A stretch of 5,502 nucleotides of DNA from a virus. The position numbers and the translations under genes are program-made. The stretch spans positions 1 through 5,502 of the IMG/VR virus record IMGVR_UViG_3300045988_051723, one strand, 5' to 3'. Shown here piece by piece: positions 1-5,365 of this stretch (position 1 is its first letter; every line of letters begins with the position of its first letter). Below the pieces are notes generated by a model. That model saw only the letters and a list, made by a program, of their open reading frames with translations. It was not told where the DNA came from and searched no databases.

Positions 1-89
1 AGACTAGAGGCCGAAAGACTATATAAACAGATAGAAGCTGGATTCAAGATGATAAAAAAAGTGTCCAGCTCAGAAGACGCAAAAAAAAT
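1..89. repeat. Terminal redundancy (left copy), marking a circular genome with a 5413-nt unit
   Basis: Bases 1-89 (agactagaggccgaaagactatataaacag...gacgcaaaaaaaat) recur exactly at 5414-5502. An ORF starting at 5366 reads through the junction without a stop. Confidence 0.9.
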
Positions 90-198
90 CATTGACCGAA
101 TCTGGATAATGAAGAAATGGGCTAACGACATCGAACTGGAGCTACTCAGAAAGGAGTACACACATGAAGCACAGACAGAAAATGCCGGGACGCACTGA
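1..198 (+). CDS. Hypothetical protein, 3' part of an 81-aa ORF that starts at 5366 and crosses the circular junction
   Basis: Frame 1 is open from base 1 to TGA at 196-198 (65 codons). Position 1 equals 5414, which is in frame with ATG 5366. Joined product: MMHKTWNVRDQTEESLRLEAERLYKQIEAGFKMIKKVSSSEDAKKIIDRIWIMKKWANDIELELLRKEYTHEAQTENAGTH. It looks helical and charged, has no hydrophobic segment, and I recognise no family. Confidence 0.5.
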   Translation, partial: RLEAERLYKQIEAGFKMIKKVSSSEDAKKIIDRIWIMKKWANDIELELLRKEYTHEAQTENAGTH

Positions 199-283
199 CA
201 AACGCATGTTTAACGTAACGGCACGCAAAACCAAGACCATCAATCTCAGCCAGAAACCCATGCGGGGCGGCATCAGACTGTAA
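164..283 (+). CDS. Small arginine/lysine-rich DNA-binding (DNA-condensing) protein, gokushovirus VP8 / phiX J analogue, 39 aa
   Basis: It is too short for the ORF track. ATG 164 lies 7 nt after AAGGAG (151-156); the stop is TAA 281-283. Hand translation: MKHRQKMPGRTDKRMFNVTARKTKTINLSQKPMRGGIRL. It is very basic, and the C-terminal PMRGG(I/F)R(L/M) matches my memory of small DNA-binding proteins of Chlamydia-phage-like and gut gokushoviruses. It overlaps the preceding ORF by 35 nt in another frame. Confidence 0.8.
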   Translation: MKHRQKMPGRTDKRMFNVTARKTKTINLSQKPMRGGIRL

Positions 284-294
284 AGGAGAAAAAC

Positions 295-537
295 ATGATT
301 CACGGATACTATGGCATCTACGACAGAGTAGCAAAATGTTACTGCTACATCGGAGAAAGCAAGAGCGACGAAACCTTTGCACGGATGTGCAGTATCATGG
401 CAAAAGACGAGAAAACATTCCTGGGCCAGTCGCCTGAGGACTACAAGGGCTACCATATCGCAAACTTCAACGATGAAACCGGCAGTTTCGACAGCATCGA
501 ACTGGAAAAGGTCTGGGAGGGCAAGCCGCATGAATAA
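295..537 (+). CDS. Conserved small non-structural microvirus protein (VP5-like), 80 aa
   Basis: ATG 295 lies 6 nt after AGGAG (284-288). The pattern Y.IYD.VA..Y, then F.R, then PEDY....IA.F[ND].ETG matches a small protein I recall being widespread in gokushovirus genomes next to VP3. The assignment is from memory of the motif, not from a search. Confidence 0.75.
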   Translation: MIHGYYGIYDRVAKCYCYIGESKSDETFARMCSIMAKDEKTFLGQSPEDYKGYHIANFNDETGSFDSIELEKVWEGKPHE

Positions 538-925
538 ACGGTACGAGGAAGGGCGACAGCCCTTCTTTTCAAATTCAGGCGAAAAACTGCGTAAACAGTA
601 CGTCTGGGGCAAGGACGAAAAAGGAAATGAAAAGCTGATTGAGACCGAGCCAATCGACATTCAGGCCGAAATTGAAAGCTATGCAGACGAATGCGACATC
701 AAAAACATTGTCCGCAAAGCGAGCTTTGACCCGGAGTTTGCCAAAAGTCTGGTAGACAACGCAAAAACAGACGAAATCGTGGATATCACGGAATGGCCGA
801 CCAGCATTCACGAGTATCACGCAATGATGGCAACCGCACAGGCAAACGCAATGGAACTGCAGAGGATGCAGGAAAAGGCCACGAACGAAACGAAGAAACA
901 GAAGGAAAACAATGAACAGGAATAA
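530..925 (+). CDS. VP3: Internal scaffolding protein VP3, 131 aa
   Basis: The track ORF 377-925 is trimmed to the in-frame ATG at 530, which lies 9 nt after GGGAGG (515-520) and overlaps the upstream stop by 8 nt. The product MNKRYEEGRQPFFSNSGEKLRKQYVWGKDEKGNEKLIETEPIDIQAEIESYADECDIKNIVRKA... resembles gokushovirus VP3 in pattern, size and position directly upstream of VP1. It overlaps the VP1 start by 14 nt. Confidence 0.75.
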   Translation: MNKRYEEGRQPFFSNSGEKLRKQYVWGKDEKGNEKLIETEPIDIQAEIESYADECDIKNIVRKASFDPEFAKSLVDNAKTDEIVDITEWPTSIHEYHAMMATAQANAMELQRMQEKATNETKKQKENNEQE

Positions 926-2564
926 CGAGAGACACTTCAACCAAGTGCCGGAAACACACGTCAGCCGGACACGCTTTAAGCGAGACCAGAACATTCTGAC
1001 AACCTTTGATGCGGGCCGACTGATTCCGTTTTACGTTGACGAAGTACTTCCTGGCGATACATTCAACGTGGATACAGCGGCAATCATACGAATGACCACA
1101 CCGAAATACCCGGTAATGGACGATGCATACATCGATTTCTACTACTTCTTCTGTCCAAACCGCATTTTGTGGGACAACTTCAAGCGGTTCATGGGAGAAG
1201 CAGACGATAAGCCGTGGATGCCAGCAAAAACTTACAAAGTACCGCAAATCATCCTGAAAAAACAGGAAGGTGATAATACGGTACCGTTTGAAGGAAGCAT
1301 CCTGGACTACATGGGAGTGCCAACAAAAATAATCGGAAAAGAAGATAAACTGGTAAAAATCAACGCACTGCCAATCAGAGCATATGTAAAAATCTGGAAC
1401 GAATTTTTCAGAGACCAAAATATTGGGAACCCAGCAACACTCAAAACGGACGATGCAGACGTTGACTATCAAGAGTCAAAAGAAACAGAAACAGAGCAGA
1501 ATCTACAGAAAGCATACACAGGCGGCCGGTGCCTGCCAGTAAGCCGATTCCACGATTACTTCTCAAGCTGTCTGCCGTATCCTCAGCGTGGGCCGGAAGT
1601 TACAATCGCACTAACAGGAAACGCACCTGTTCAGCTATACAGCGACCAGGAACTAACAGACCCATGGTTTGGAAGCCTATACTTTAACAACGAGAACGGC
1701 AAAATGGAAGCAGGAGCAAATGAGCCAACCGAAGTAATGGGAAAAGACATACTCGGAGACAAAACGCTACTGACCTACATGGGAGCAAATTTAACAAACA
1801 TTGAAGCCGCAACCATCAACCAGCTCCGACAGGCCTTTGCAGTTCAGCACTATTACGAAGCGCTGGCACGTGGCGGCAGTCGATACCGCGAGCAGGTAAG
1901 AGCACTGTTTGGAGTAAGCATCAGCGATAAAACCGTACAGGTACCGGAGTATCTGGGTGGTGGACGCTATCATGTGAACATTAACCAAATCGTACAAACC
2001 AGCGGACAGCAGACCGAAACAGACACGCCTATCGGCGAAACCGGTGCAATGTCGGTAACGCCTATCAACGAAAGTTCTTTCACCAAGAGCTTTGAAGAAC
2101 ACGGGTTTGTTATCGGCGTTATGTGCGTTCGACATAATCACAGCTATCAGCAAGGCTTAGAGCGATTCTGGAGCCGCAGCGACAGACTCGACTACTATTT
2201 CCCACAGTTCGCAAATCTGGGCGAACAGCCTGTCAAGAAAAAGGAAATCATGCTCACCGGTACAGAAACCGATGAAGAGACCTTCGGATACCAGGAAGCC
2301 TGGGCCGACTATCGCATGAAGCCAGACCGAGTAAGCGGTAAAATGCGAAGCAATGCGAAAGGCACGCTAGACTTCTGGCACTATGCAGACAACTACGAGA
2401 CCGTGCCGACACTGAGCCAAGAGTGGATGAACGAAGGCAAAACCGAAATTGCAAGAACGTTAATCGTTCAGAATGAACCCCAGTTTTTCGGCGCAATCCG
2501 TGTGATGAACGAAACCACTCGTTGTATGCCGCTGTACAGCGTGCCGGGTCTGGAAAAGCTGTAA
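912..2564 (+). CDS. VP1: Major capsid protein VP1 (Microviridae F-type capsid protein), 550 aa
   Basis: N-terminus: HFNQVPETHVSRTRFKRDQNILTTFDAGRLIPFYVDEVLPGDTF. Internal block: INQLRQAFAVQHYYEALARGGSRYREQVRALFGV. Both are hallmark blocks of the microvirus major capsid family, and the length is typical of gokushoviruses. A weak AAGGA SD (902-906) precedes the start. Confidence 0.97.
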   Translation: MNRNNERHFNQVPETHVSRTRFKRDQNILTTFDAGRLIPFYVDEVLPGDTFNVDTAAIIRMTTPKYPVMDDAYIDFYYFFCPNRILWDNFKRFMGEADDKPWMPAKTYKVPQIILKKQEGDNTVPFEGSILDYMGVPTKIIGKEDKLVKINALPIRAYVKIWNEFFRDQNIGNPATLKTDDADVDYQESKETETEQNLQKAYTGGRCLPVSRFHDYFSSCLPYPQRGPEVTIALTGNAPVQLYSDQELTDPWFGSLYFNNENGKMEAGANEPTEVMGKDILGDKTLLTYMGANLTNIEAATINQLRQAFAVQHYYEALARGGSRYREQVRALFGVSISDKTVQVPEYLGGGRYHVNINQIVQTSGQQTETDTPIGETGAMSVTPINESSFTKSFEEHGFVIGVMCVRHNHSYQQGLERFWSRSDRLDYYFPQFANLGEQPVKKKEIMLTGTETDEETFGYQEAWADYRMKPDRVSGKMRSNAKGTLDFWHYADNYETVPTLSQEWMNEGKTEIARTLIVQNEPQFFGAIRVMNETTRCMPLYSVPGLEKL

Positions 2565-2575
2565 AGAAAGGAGGA

Positions 2576-2595
2576 AGCCCGGAGAAATCCGGGCT
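2576..2595 (+). promoter_or_regulatory. GC-rich stem-loop between VP1 stop and VP2 start (attenuator and/or SD-positioning hairpin)
   Basis: AGCCCGG (2576-2582) pairs perfectly with CCGGGCT (2589-2595) around loop AGAAAT, and is followed by ATTTTATA. It sits between the strong SD AAAGGAGGA (2567-2575) and the VP2 ATG (2604). Confidence 0.55.
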
Positions 2596-2603
2596 ATTTT
2601 ATA

Positions 2604-3431
2604 ATGGCAGGATTAGGAGCAATGCTTGCAAGTGGAGCAGCCAAAGCAGGAACATGGTTAGCACAGAACCCAGCAGTCATAACCGGAGCGATGCAACTGC
2701 TGGGCGGTGGACTATCATCAATGTACGGCCAAAAAAGCGAAAACATCAGCCAAGGAAGCAACGTAAGCACAGGAAAGGGCGGTGGAACATCACAAAGCGT
2801 TGCAGAAGGCGGCACGAATGACGAACAGATAATGAAATATCTCAGTCAGTACTACAACTGGCAAGGAGGACAAAATGCTTTTCAAAGTAAGACAAACCGC
2901 GAAAATATGCTCATGCAGATGGGATACAACACATTGGGCGCAATCCAACAAGGAATATACAACCACATCGAGCAAAACGCAGCCATGTCTTACAACAGCG
3001 CAGAAGCGCTAGCAAACCGCAACTTCCAAGAAAGAATGAGCAACACAGCATATCAAAGAGCCGTAGAAGATATGCGAAAAGCAGGACTTAACCCAATTTT
3101 GGCATACGCACAAGGTGGAGCAAGCACGCCGGGGGGCTCAGGCGCAACAATCACAGGCGCAAGCATGGGAATGCCAGTGTCAAGCGCTCTGGGAGTATCT
3201 GCGCTAAGCGGCAACGTGCCAAACAGCTACTACAATAAAAGCATTGCAAAATCAACGTGGTATCAGCTCTCCGAAGCCGTAGGAAGTCAAATGTCAAAAG
3301 GCTATACAAGCCCATACGAACTAACGAAAGACTTGCTAAAAACATACGAACAAATGGAAGATACAGAAAAAACCATTCCATTCCAAACAGGCGGAGGAAG
3401 TTTCCACACAGGAGGAGGTAGAAAAAAGTGA
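2604..3431 (+). CDS. VP2: DNA pilot / minor capsid protein VP2, 275 aa
   Basis: It has a Gly/Ala-rich hydrophobic N-terminus, a low-complexity G/S/Q region, and the block [33 protein letters not shown], which I recognise as characteristic of gokushovirus VP2. It lies directly after VP1. No alternative start exists between the VP1 stop and ATG 2604. Confidence 0.9.
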   Translation: MAGLGAMLASGAAKAGTWLAQNPAVITGAMQLLGGGLSSMYGQKSENISQGSNVSTGKGGGTSQSVAEGGTNDEQIMKYLSQYYNWQGGQNAFQSKTNRENMLMQMGYNTLGAIQQGIYNHIEQNAAMSYNSAEALANRNFQERMSNTAYQRAVEDMRKAGLNPILAYAQGGASTPGGSGATITGASMGMPVSSALGVSALSGNVPNSYYNKSIAKSTWYQLSEAVGSQMSKGYTSPYELTKDLLKTYEQMEDTEKTIPFQTGGGSFHTGGGRKK

Positions 3432-4447
3432 GTTGTTACAAGCCATTAATAAGGCTGTACAACCCGGACAACAAGGAAATCAGCGGACGGGTGTATTCAC
3501 TCGTCCGCCTTTCTCAGTTAAGCGGGAAACAGCTAAAGTATGAAGATTTGATGTATAATCCAAAAGTTATGTTAATACCATGCGGGCAATGCATCGGATG
3601 CAGAATAAGGCAACGAGAGGACTGGACAACACGAATCGAGCTAGAAGCAAGAGATTACCCAAAAGAACAAGTATGGTTTATCACACTAACTTATGATGAT
3701 AACCATGTACCGGGCATGATAGTAAAGACAGGCGAAATCATGCGAAAAGTACAATACACATGGAAGCCAGGAGAGAAGCGCCCAGACAGCGTACAAACTC
3801 TGCTATATGAGGATATTCAAAAATTTTTAAAACGTCTCAGGAAAGCTTACAGGGGCAAATTACGCTATTTTGTAGCGGGTGAATACGGAGAACAGACAGC
3901 AAGGCCGCACTATCACATGATACTATATGGTTGGGAACCAACAGACCTAAAAAACTTGTACAAAATTCACCACAATGGATACTACACCAGCAAGTGGTTG
4001 GCAGACCTCTGGGGCATGGGTCAAATACAGATAGCACAAGCCGTTCCAGAAACCTATAGATATGTTGCAGGGTATGTAACAAAAAAGATGTACGAAATTA
4101 ACGGCCAGAAATCTAATGCATACTATGAGCTGGGACAAACGAAACCTTTTGCTTGCATGAGCCTAAAACCAGGTCTCGGAGATAAATACTATCAAGAGCA
4201 CAAAGCAGAAATATGGAAACAAGGGTACATTCAATGCACCAACGGAAAACAAGCACAGATTCCAAGATACTATGAAAAGCAAATGGAAGCAGAAAACCCA
4301 CAAAGATTGTGGAGAATAAAACAAAACCGACAGAAAAACGCAATGGAACAAAAAAGATTGCAGCTAGAGAATCAAGACTACAAAACAGTCCTAGAGACAA
4401 AAGAACGTGTCACCAAAAAACAAACGAAAAAACGTGGTATTTTATAA
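3428..4447 (+). CDS. VP4: Rolling-circle replication initiator VP4 (HUH endonuclease superfamily), 339 aa
   Basis: The GTG start at 3428 overlaps the VP2 stop (GTGA) and lies 9 nt after GGAGGAGG (3411-3418). Motifs present: [19 protein letters not shown] motif HYH in [10 protein letters not shown] (3908-3916), and the paired catalytic tyrosines YVAGY in [11 protein letters not shown] (Y-x-x-x-Y, as in phiX174 protein A). Confidence 0.95.
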   Translation: MSCYKPLIRLYNPDNKEISGRVYSLVRLSQLSGKQLKYEDLMYNPKVMLIPCGQCIGCRIRQREDWTTRIELEARDYPKEQVWFITLTYDDNHVPGMIVKTGEIMRKVQYTWKPGEKRPDSVQTLLYEDIQKFLKRLRKAYRGKLRYFVAGEYGEQTARPHYHMILYGWEPTDLKNLYKIHHNGYYTSKWLADLWGMGQIQIAQAVPETYRYVAGYVTKKMYEINGQKSNAYYELGQTKPFACMSLKPGLGDKYYQEHKAEIWKQGYIQCTNGKQAQIPRYYEKQMEAENPQRLWRIKQNRQKNAMEQKRLQLENQDYKTVLETKERVTKKQTKKRGIL

Positions 4448-4460
4448 TCGGTGTCACCTA

Positions 4461-4500
4461 GCCCAGTACCTATCAAGTAAGGTACTGGGCATTATTATTC
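4461..4500 (+). terminator. Intrinsic-terminator-like hairpin after VP4
   Basis: GCCCAGTACCT (4461-4471) pairs perfectly with AGGTACTGGGC (4480-4490), giving an 11-bp stem and 8-nt loop. It is followed by ATTATTATTC, an interrupted T tract, and starts 14 nt after the VP4 stop. It could instead be a structural signal in the ssDNA. Confidence 0.6.
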
Positions 4501-4504
4501 TAAT

Positions 4505-4554
4505 CGCGCACACACGTACACGCGAAAAGTACACGCGCACGCGTGCGCACGTAT
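4505..4554. repeat. CpG-rich alternating purine-pyrimidine island with an internal palindrome and direct repeats
   Basis: 4505-4524 (20 nt) and 4529-4554 (26 nt) are each perfectly alternating pyrimidine/purine, separated by AAAA. There is a perfect 14-nt palindrome, GCGCACGCGTGCGC, at 4535-4548. GTACACGCG is repeated at 4516-4524 and 4529-4537. AT-rich flanks are ATTATTATTCTAAT and TATTATAATATAAC. Confidence 0.9.
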
Positions 4555-4599
4555 TATAATATAACTTGTTGTAGTCGTAGTAGTAGGGTATGTGGAAAA

Positions 4600-4755
4600 G
4601 TTGAAAACTACCATTTTATAACGACAGAGCGTAAAAAAAACAGCTAAAAAAGTGTTGAAAGATTTGTTAAAAACTTGTTGAATTGTTGAAACACTCTATT
4701 GTGCTAAAGTTTAACAATGTTGAAATGTTGAAAACTATGTTGAAAATGTTGAAAA
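4600..4755. repeat. Iteron array: nine copies of (A)TGTTGAAA(A)
   Basis: Copies: 4600-4607 (GTTGAAAA), 4653-4660, 4665-4672 (TGTTAAAA), 4676-4683 (TGTTGAAT), 4684-4691, 4718-4725, 4726-4734, 4738-4746, 4747-4755. All are in the same orientation. Within the two clusters the starts are 8-12 nt apart. Confidence 0.9.
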
Positions 4756-4782
4756 CGCCTGCGGCGGGCACCTGCGCAAAAA

Positions 4783-4808
4783 GTCAAGATCGCAAAAGCG
4801 ACCTTGAC
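4783..4808 (+). promoter_or_regulatory. Hairpin that sequesters the -35 box of the downstream promoter
   Basis: GTCAAG (4783-4788) pairs with CTTGAC (4803-4808), and TCGC (4790-4793) pairs with GCGA (4798-4801). There is one A/C mismatch and an AAAA tetraloop. The 3' arm contains TTGAC of the -35 hexamer. Confidence 0.55.
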
Positions 4809-4832
4809 AGTTTGCACAGGCAATGATATAAT
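4804..4832 (+). promoter_or_regulatory. Consensus sigma70-type promoter with extended -10
   Basis: TTGACA (4804-4809), a 17-nt spacer, then TATAAT (4827-4832), with TG at 4824-4825 (TGnTATAAT). It is followed by AGGAG (4849-4853) and ATG 4860. Confidence 0.75.
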
Positions 4833-4859
4833 CCGAAATAGAAAAGAAAGGAGACCACC

Positions 4860-5255
4860 ATGAAAAACATCAAGTTCATCAAAGCAAATTACGGCAAACT
4901 GAGCGAACACTTCAAAGCAAAAGAATTTCAGTGCAAAGACAAGAACGAGTACATGTTGGTCTGCGAAGAACTGATAGCAACACTTGAAACAATCAGGGAA
5001 CACTTCAATGCACCAGTAATAATCAACAGCGGATACAGGACACCAAGCTGGAACTTCGAAGTGAGCGGAGCGCCAGATTCAATGCACTGCAACGGCATGG
5101 CCGCCGATATCGTAGTAAAAGGACACTCAAGTAAAGAAGTTGCAAAGTATGCAAGTGAGCTGATGGACACCTTCGAAAGCAAAGGCGGCGTAATCAGATA
5201 CACGAATTTCACGCATATTGATGTACGTGAAGAAAGATACAGAAAGGGGGTGTAA
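4860..5255 (+). CDS. Peptidase M15 family zinc D-Ala-D-Ala carboxypeptidase-like cell-wall hydrolase (putative endolysin), 131 aa
   Basis: LSEHFKAKEFQC, INSGYRTP, SMHCNGMAADI and FTHIDVR match the Peptidase_M15_3 / LAS-metallopeptidase pattern (SxHxxGxAxD and a distal H). Predicted zinc ligands are H76 (5085-5087), D83 (5106-5108) and H119 (5214-5216). ATG lies 6 nt after AGGAG. There is no N-terminal hydrophobic or signal segment. Confidence 0.92.
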   Translation: MKNIKFIKANYGKLSEHFKAKEFQCKDKNEYMLVCEELIATLETIREHFNAPVIINSGYRTPSWNFEVSGAPDSMHCNGMAADIVVKGHSSKEVAKYASELMDTFESKGGVIRYTNFTHIDVREERYRKGV

Positions 5256-5257
5256 AA

Positions 5258-5362
5258 ATGGCATTGATTAAGGTCAAAGACCTGCGGGAAGCAATCCAGA
5301 TGATCAAATGCGTTCTGGAAAAGCTCGACGAGATCTATCACATCCTGAAGGAAAAGGAGTAA
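5258..5362 (+). CDS. Hypothetical 34-aa protein
   Basis: It is too short for the ORF track. ATG 5258 lies 7 nt after AAAGGGGG (5243-5250) and 2 nt after the peptidase stop. Product: MALIKVKDLREAIQMIKCVLEKLDEIYHILKEKE, an amphipathic helix with no transmembrane segment. Its last codons contain the SD of the next ORF. Confidence 0.45.
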   Translation: MALIKVKDLREAIQMIKCVLEKLDEIYHILKEKE

Positions 5363-5365
5363 AGC

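Noticed and set aside
92-110. Promoter-like TTGACC (92-97) and GATAAT (105-110) inside the junction-spanning ORF.
   Set aside because: The spacer is only 7 nt, which is incompatible with sigma70 geometry.
377-529. N-terminal extension of the VP3 ORF (the track gives 377-925, 182 aa).
   Set aside because: The first 51 codons overlap the 80-aa gene in another frame, encode an R/S/T-rich string, and lack an SD. The in-frame ATG at 530 has GGGAGG 9 nt upstream and yields a VP3-like N-terminus.
2562-2606. VP1 and VP2 are in the same frame, separated by one TAA and 13 sense codons, with a hairpin after the stop. This raised the possibility of a VP1-VP2 read-through fusion.
   Set aside because: Sharing a frame has a one-in-three chance. 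TAA is the least leaky stop. No known microvirus makes such a fusion, and a 115-kDa-scale fusion is hard to fit into a T=1 capsid. The hairpin is better explained as an SD-positioning or attenuator element.
142-2815. Long minus-strand ORFs from the track (142-660, 146-382, 450-653, 575-994, 786-1472, 1791-2153, 2254-2496, 2594-2815).
   Set aside because: Each lies antisense to a well-supported + strand gene. Their products are Cys/Phe/Leu/Val-rich low-complexity strings with no recognisable motif, and I saw no SD. The + strand is T-poor, so TTA, CTA and TCA (antisense stops) are rare, which explains long antisense ORFs by composition. Microviridae are not known to be ambisense.
2522-2821. Overprinted 99-aa + strand ORF with a very basic tail ([20 protein letters not shown]...) spanning the VP1 end, the hairpin and the VP2 start. 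It is tempting given microvirus overprinting (phiX174 B, K, E).
   Set aside because: The called start is a TTG with no SD. The only in-frame ATG is internal and also lacks an SD. The basic tail is what the A/G-rich low-complexity part of VP2 yields in a shifted frame. A dedicated small basic protein already exists at 164-283. It is worth a conservation check but is not supportable from sequence alone.
4572-4586. Cluster of TAG triplets (tag tcg tag tag tag).
   Set aside because: It is a short trinucleotide repeat in non-coding DNA, not in frame with the upstream VP4 gene, and no function can be argued from sequence.
4563-4680. AACTTGTTG occurs twice (4563-4571 and 4672-4680) next to AT-rich sequence, recalling the phiX174 origin core CAACTTG/ATATTAATAAC.
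   Set aside because: Only a 6-nt match to the phiX core. The same hexamer also occurs inside VP4 (3953-3958), so it is near chance expectation, and gokushovirus VP4 is too diverged from phiX A to assume a shared nick site. I keep it only as a place to look when mapping the nick.
4600-4755. Possibility that the repeat array is a CRISPR array or a tandem satellite.
   Set aside because: Units are only 8-9 nt with 0-4 nt between neighbours in the clusters, far from CRISPR repeat and spacer sizes. There is no cas gene and no leader. Spacing is irregular, so it is not a simple tandem duplication either.
4756-4777. GC-rich block CGCCTGCGGCGGGCACCTGCGC, considered as a possible hairpin.
   Set aside because: It contains a direct repeat of CCTGCG (4758-4763 and 4771-4776) but no inverted repeat beyond 3 bp, so I could not support a stem-loop.
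4737-4826. 29-aa ORF (MLKMLKTPAAGTCAKSQDRKSDLDSLHRQ) that starts inside the iterons.
   Set aside because: It has no SD. Its ATG is simply part of the repeated ATGTTGAAA unit, and it runs through the hairpin and promoter elements.
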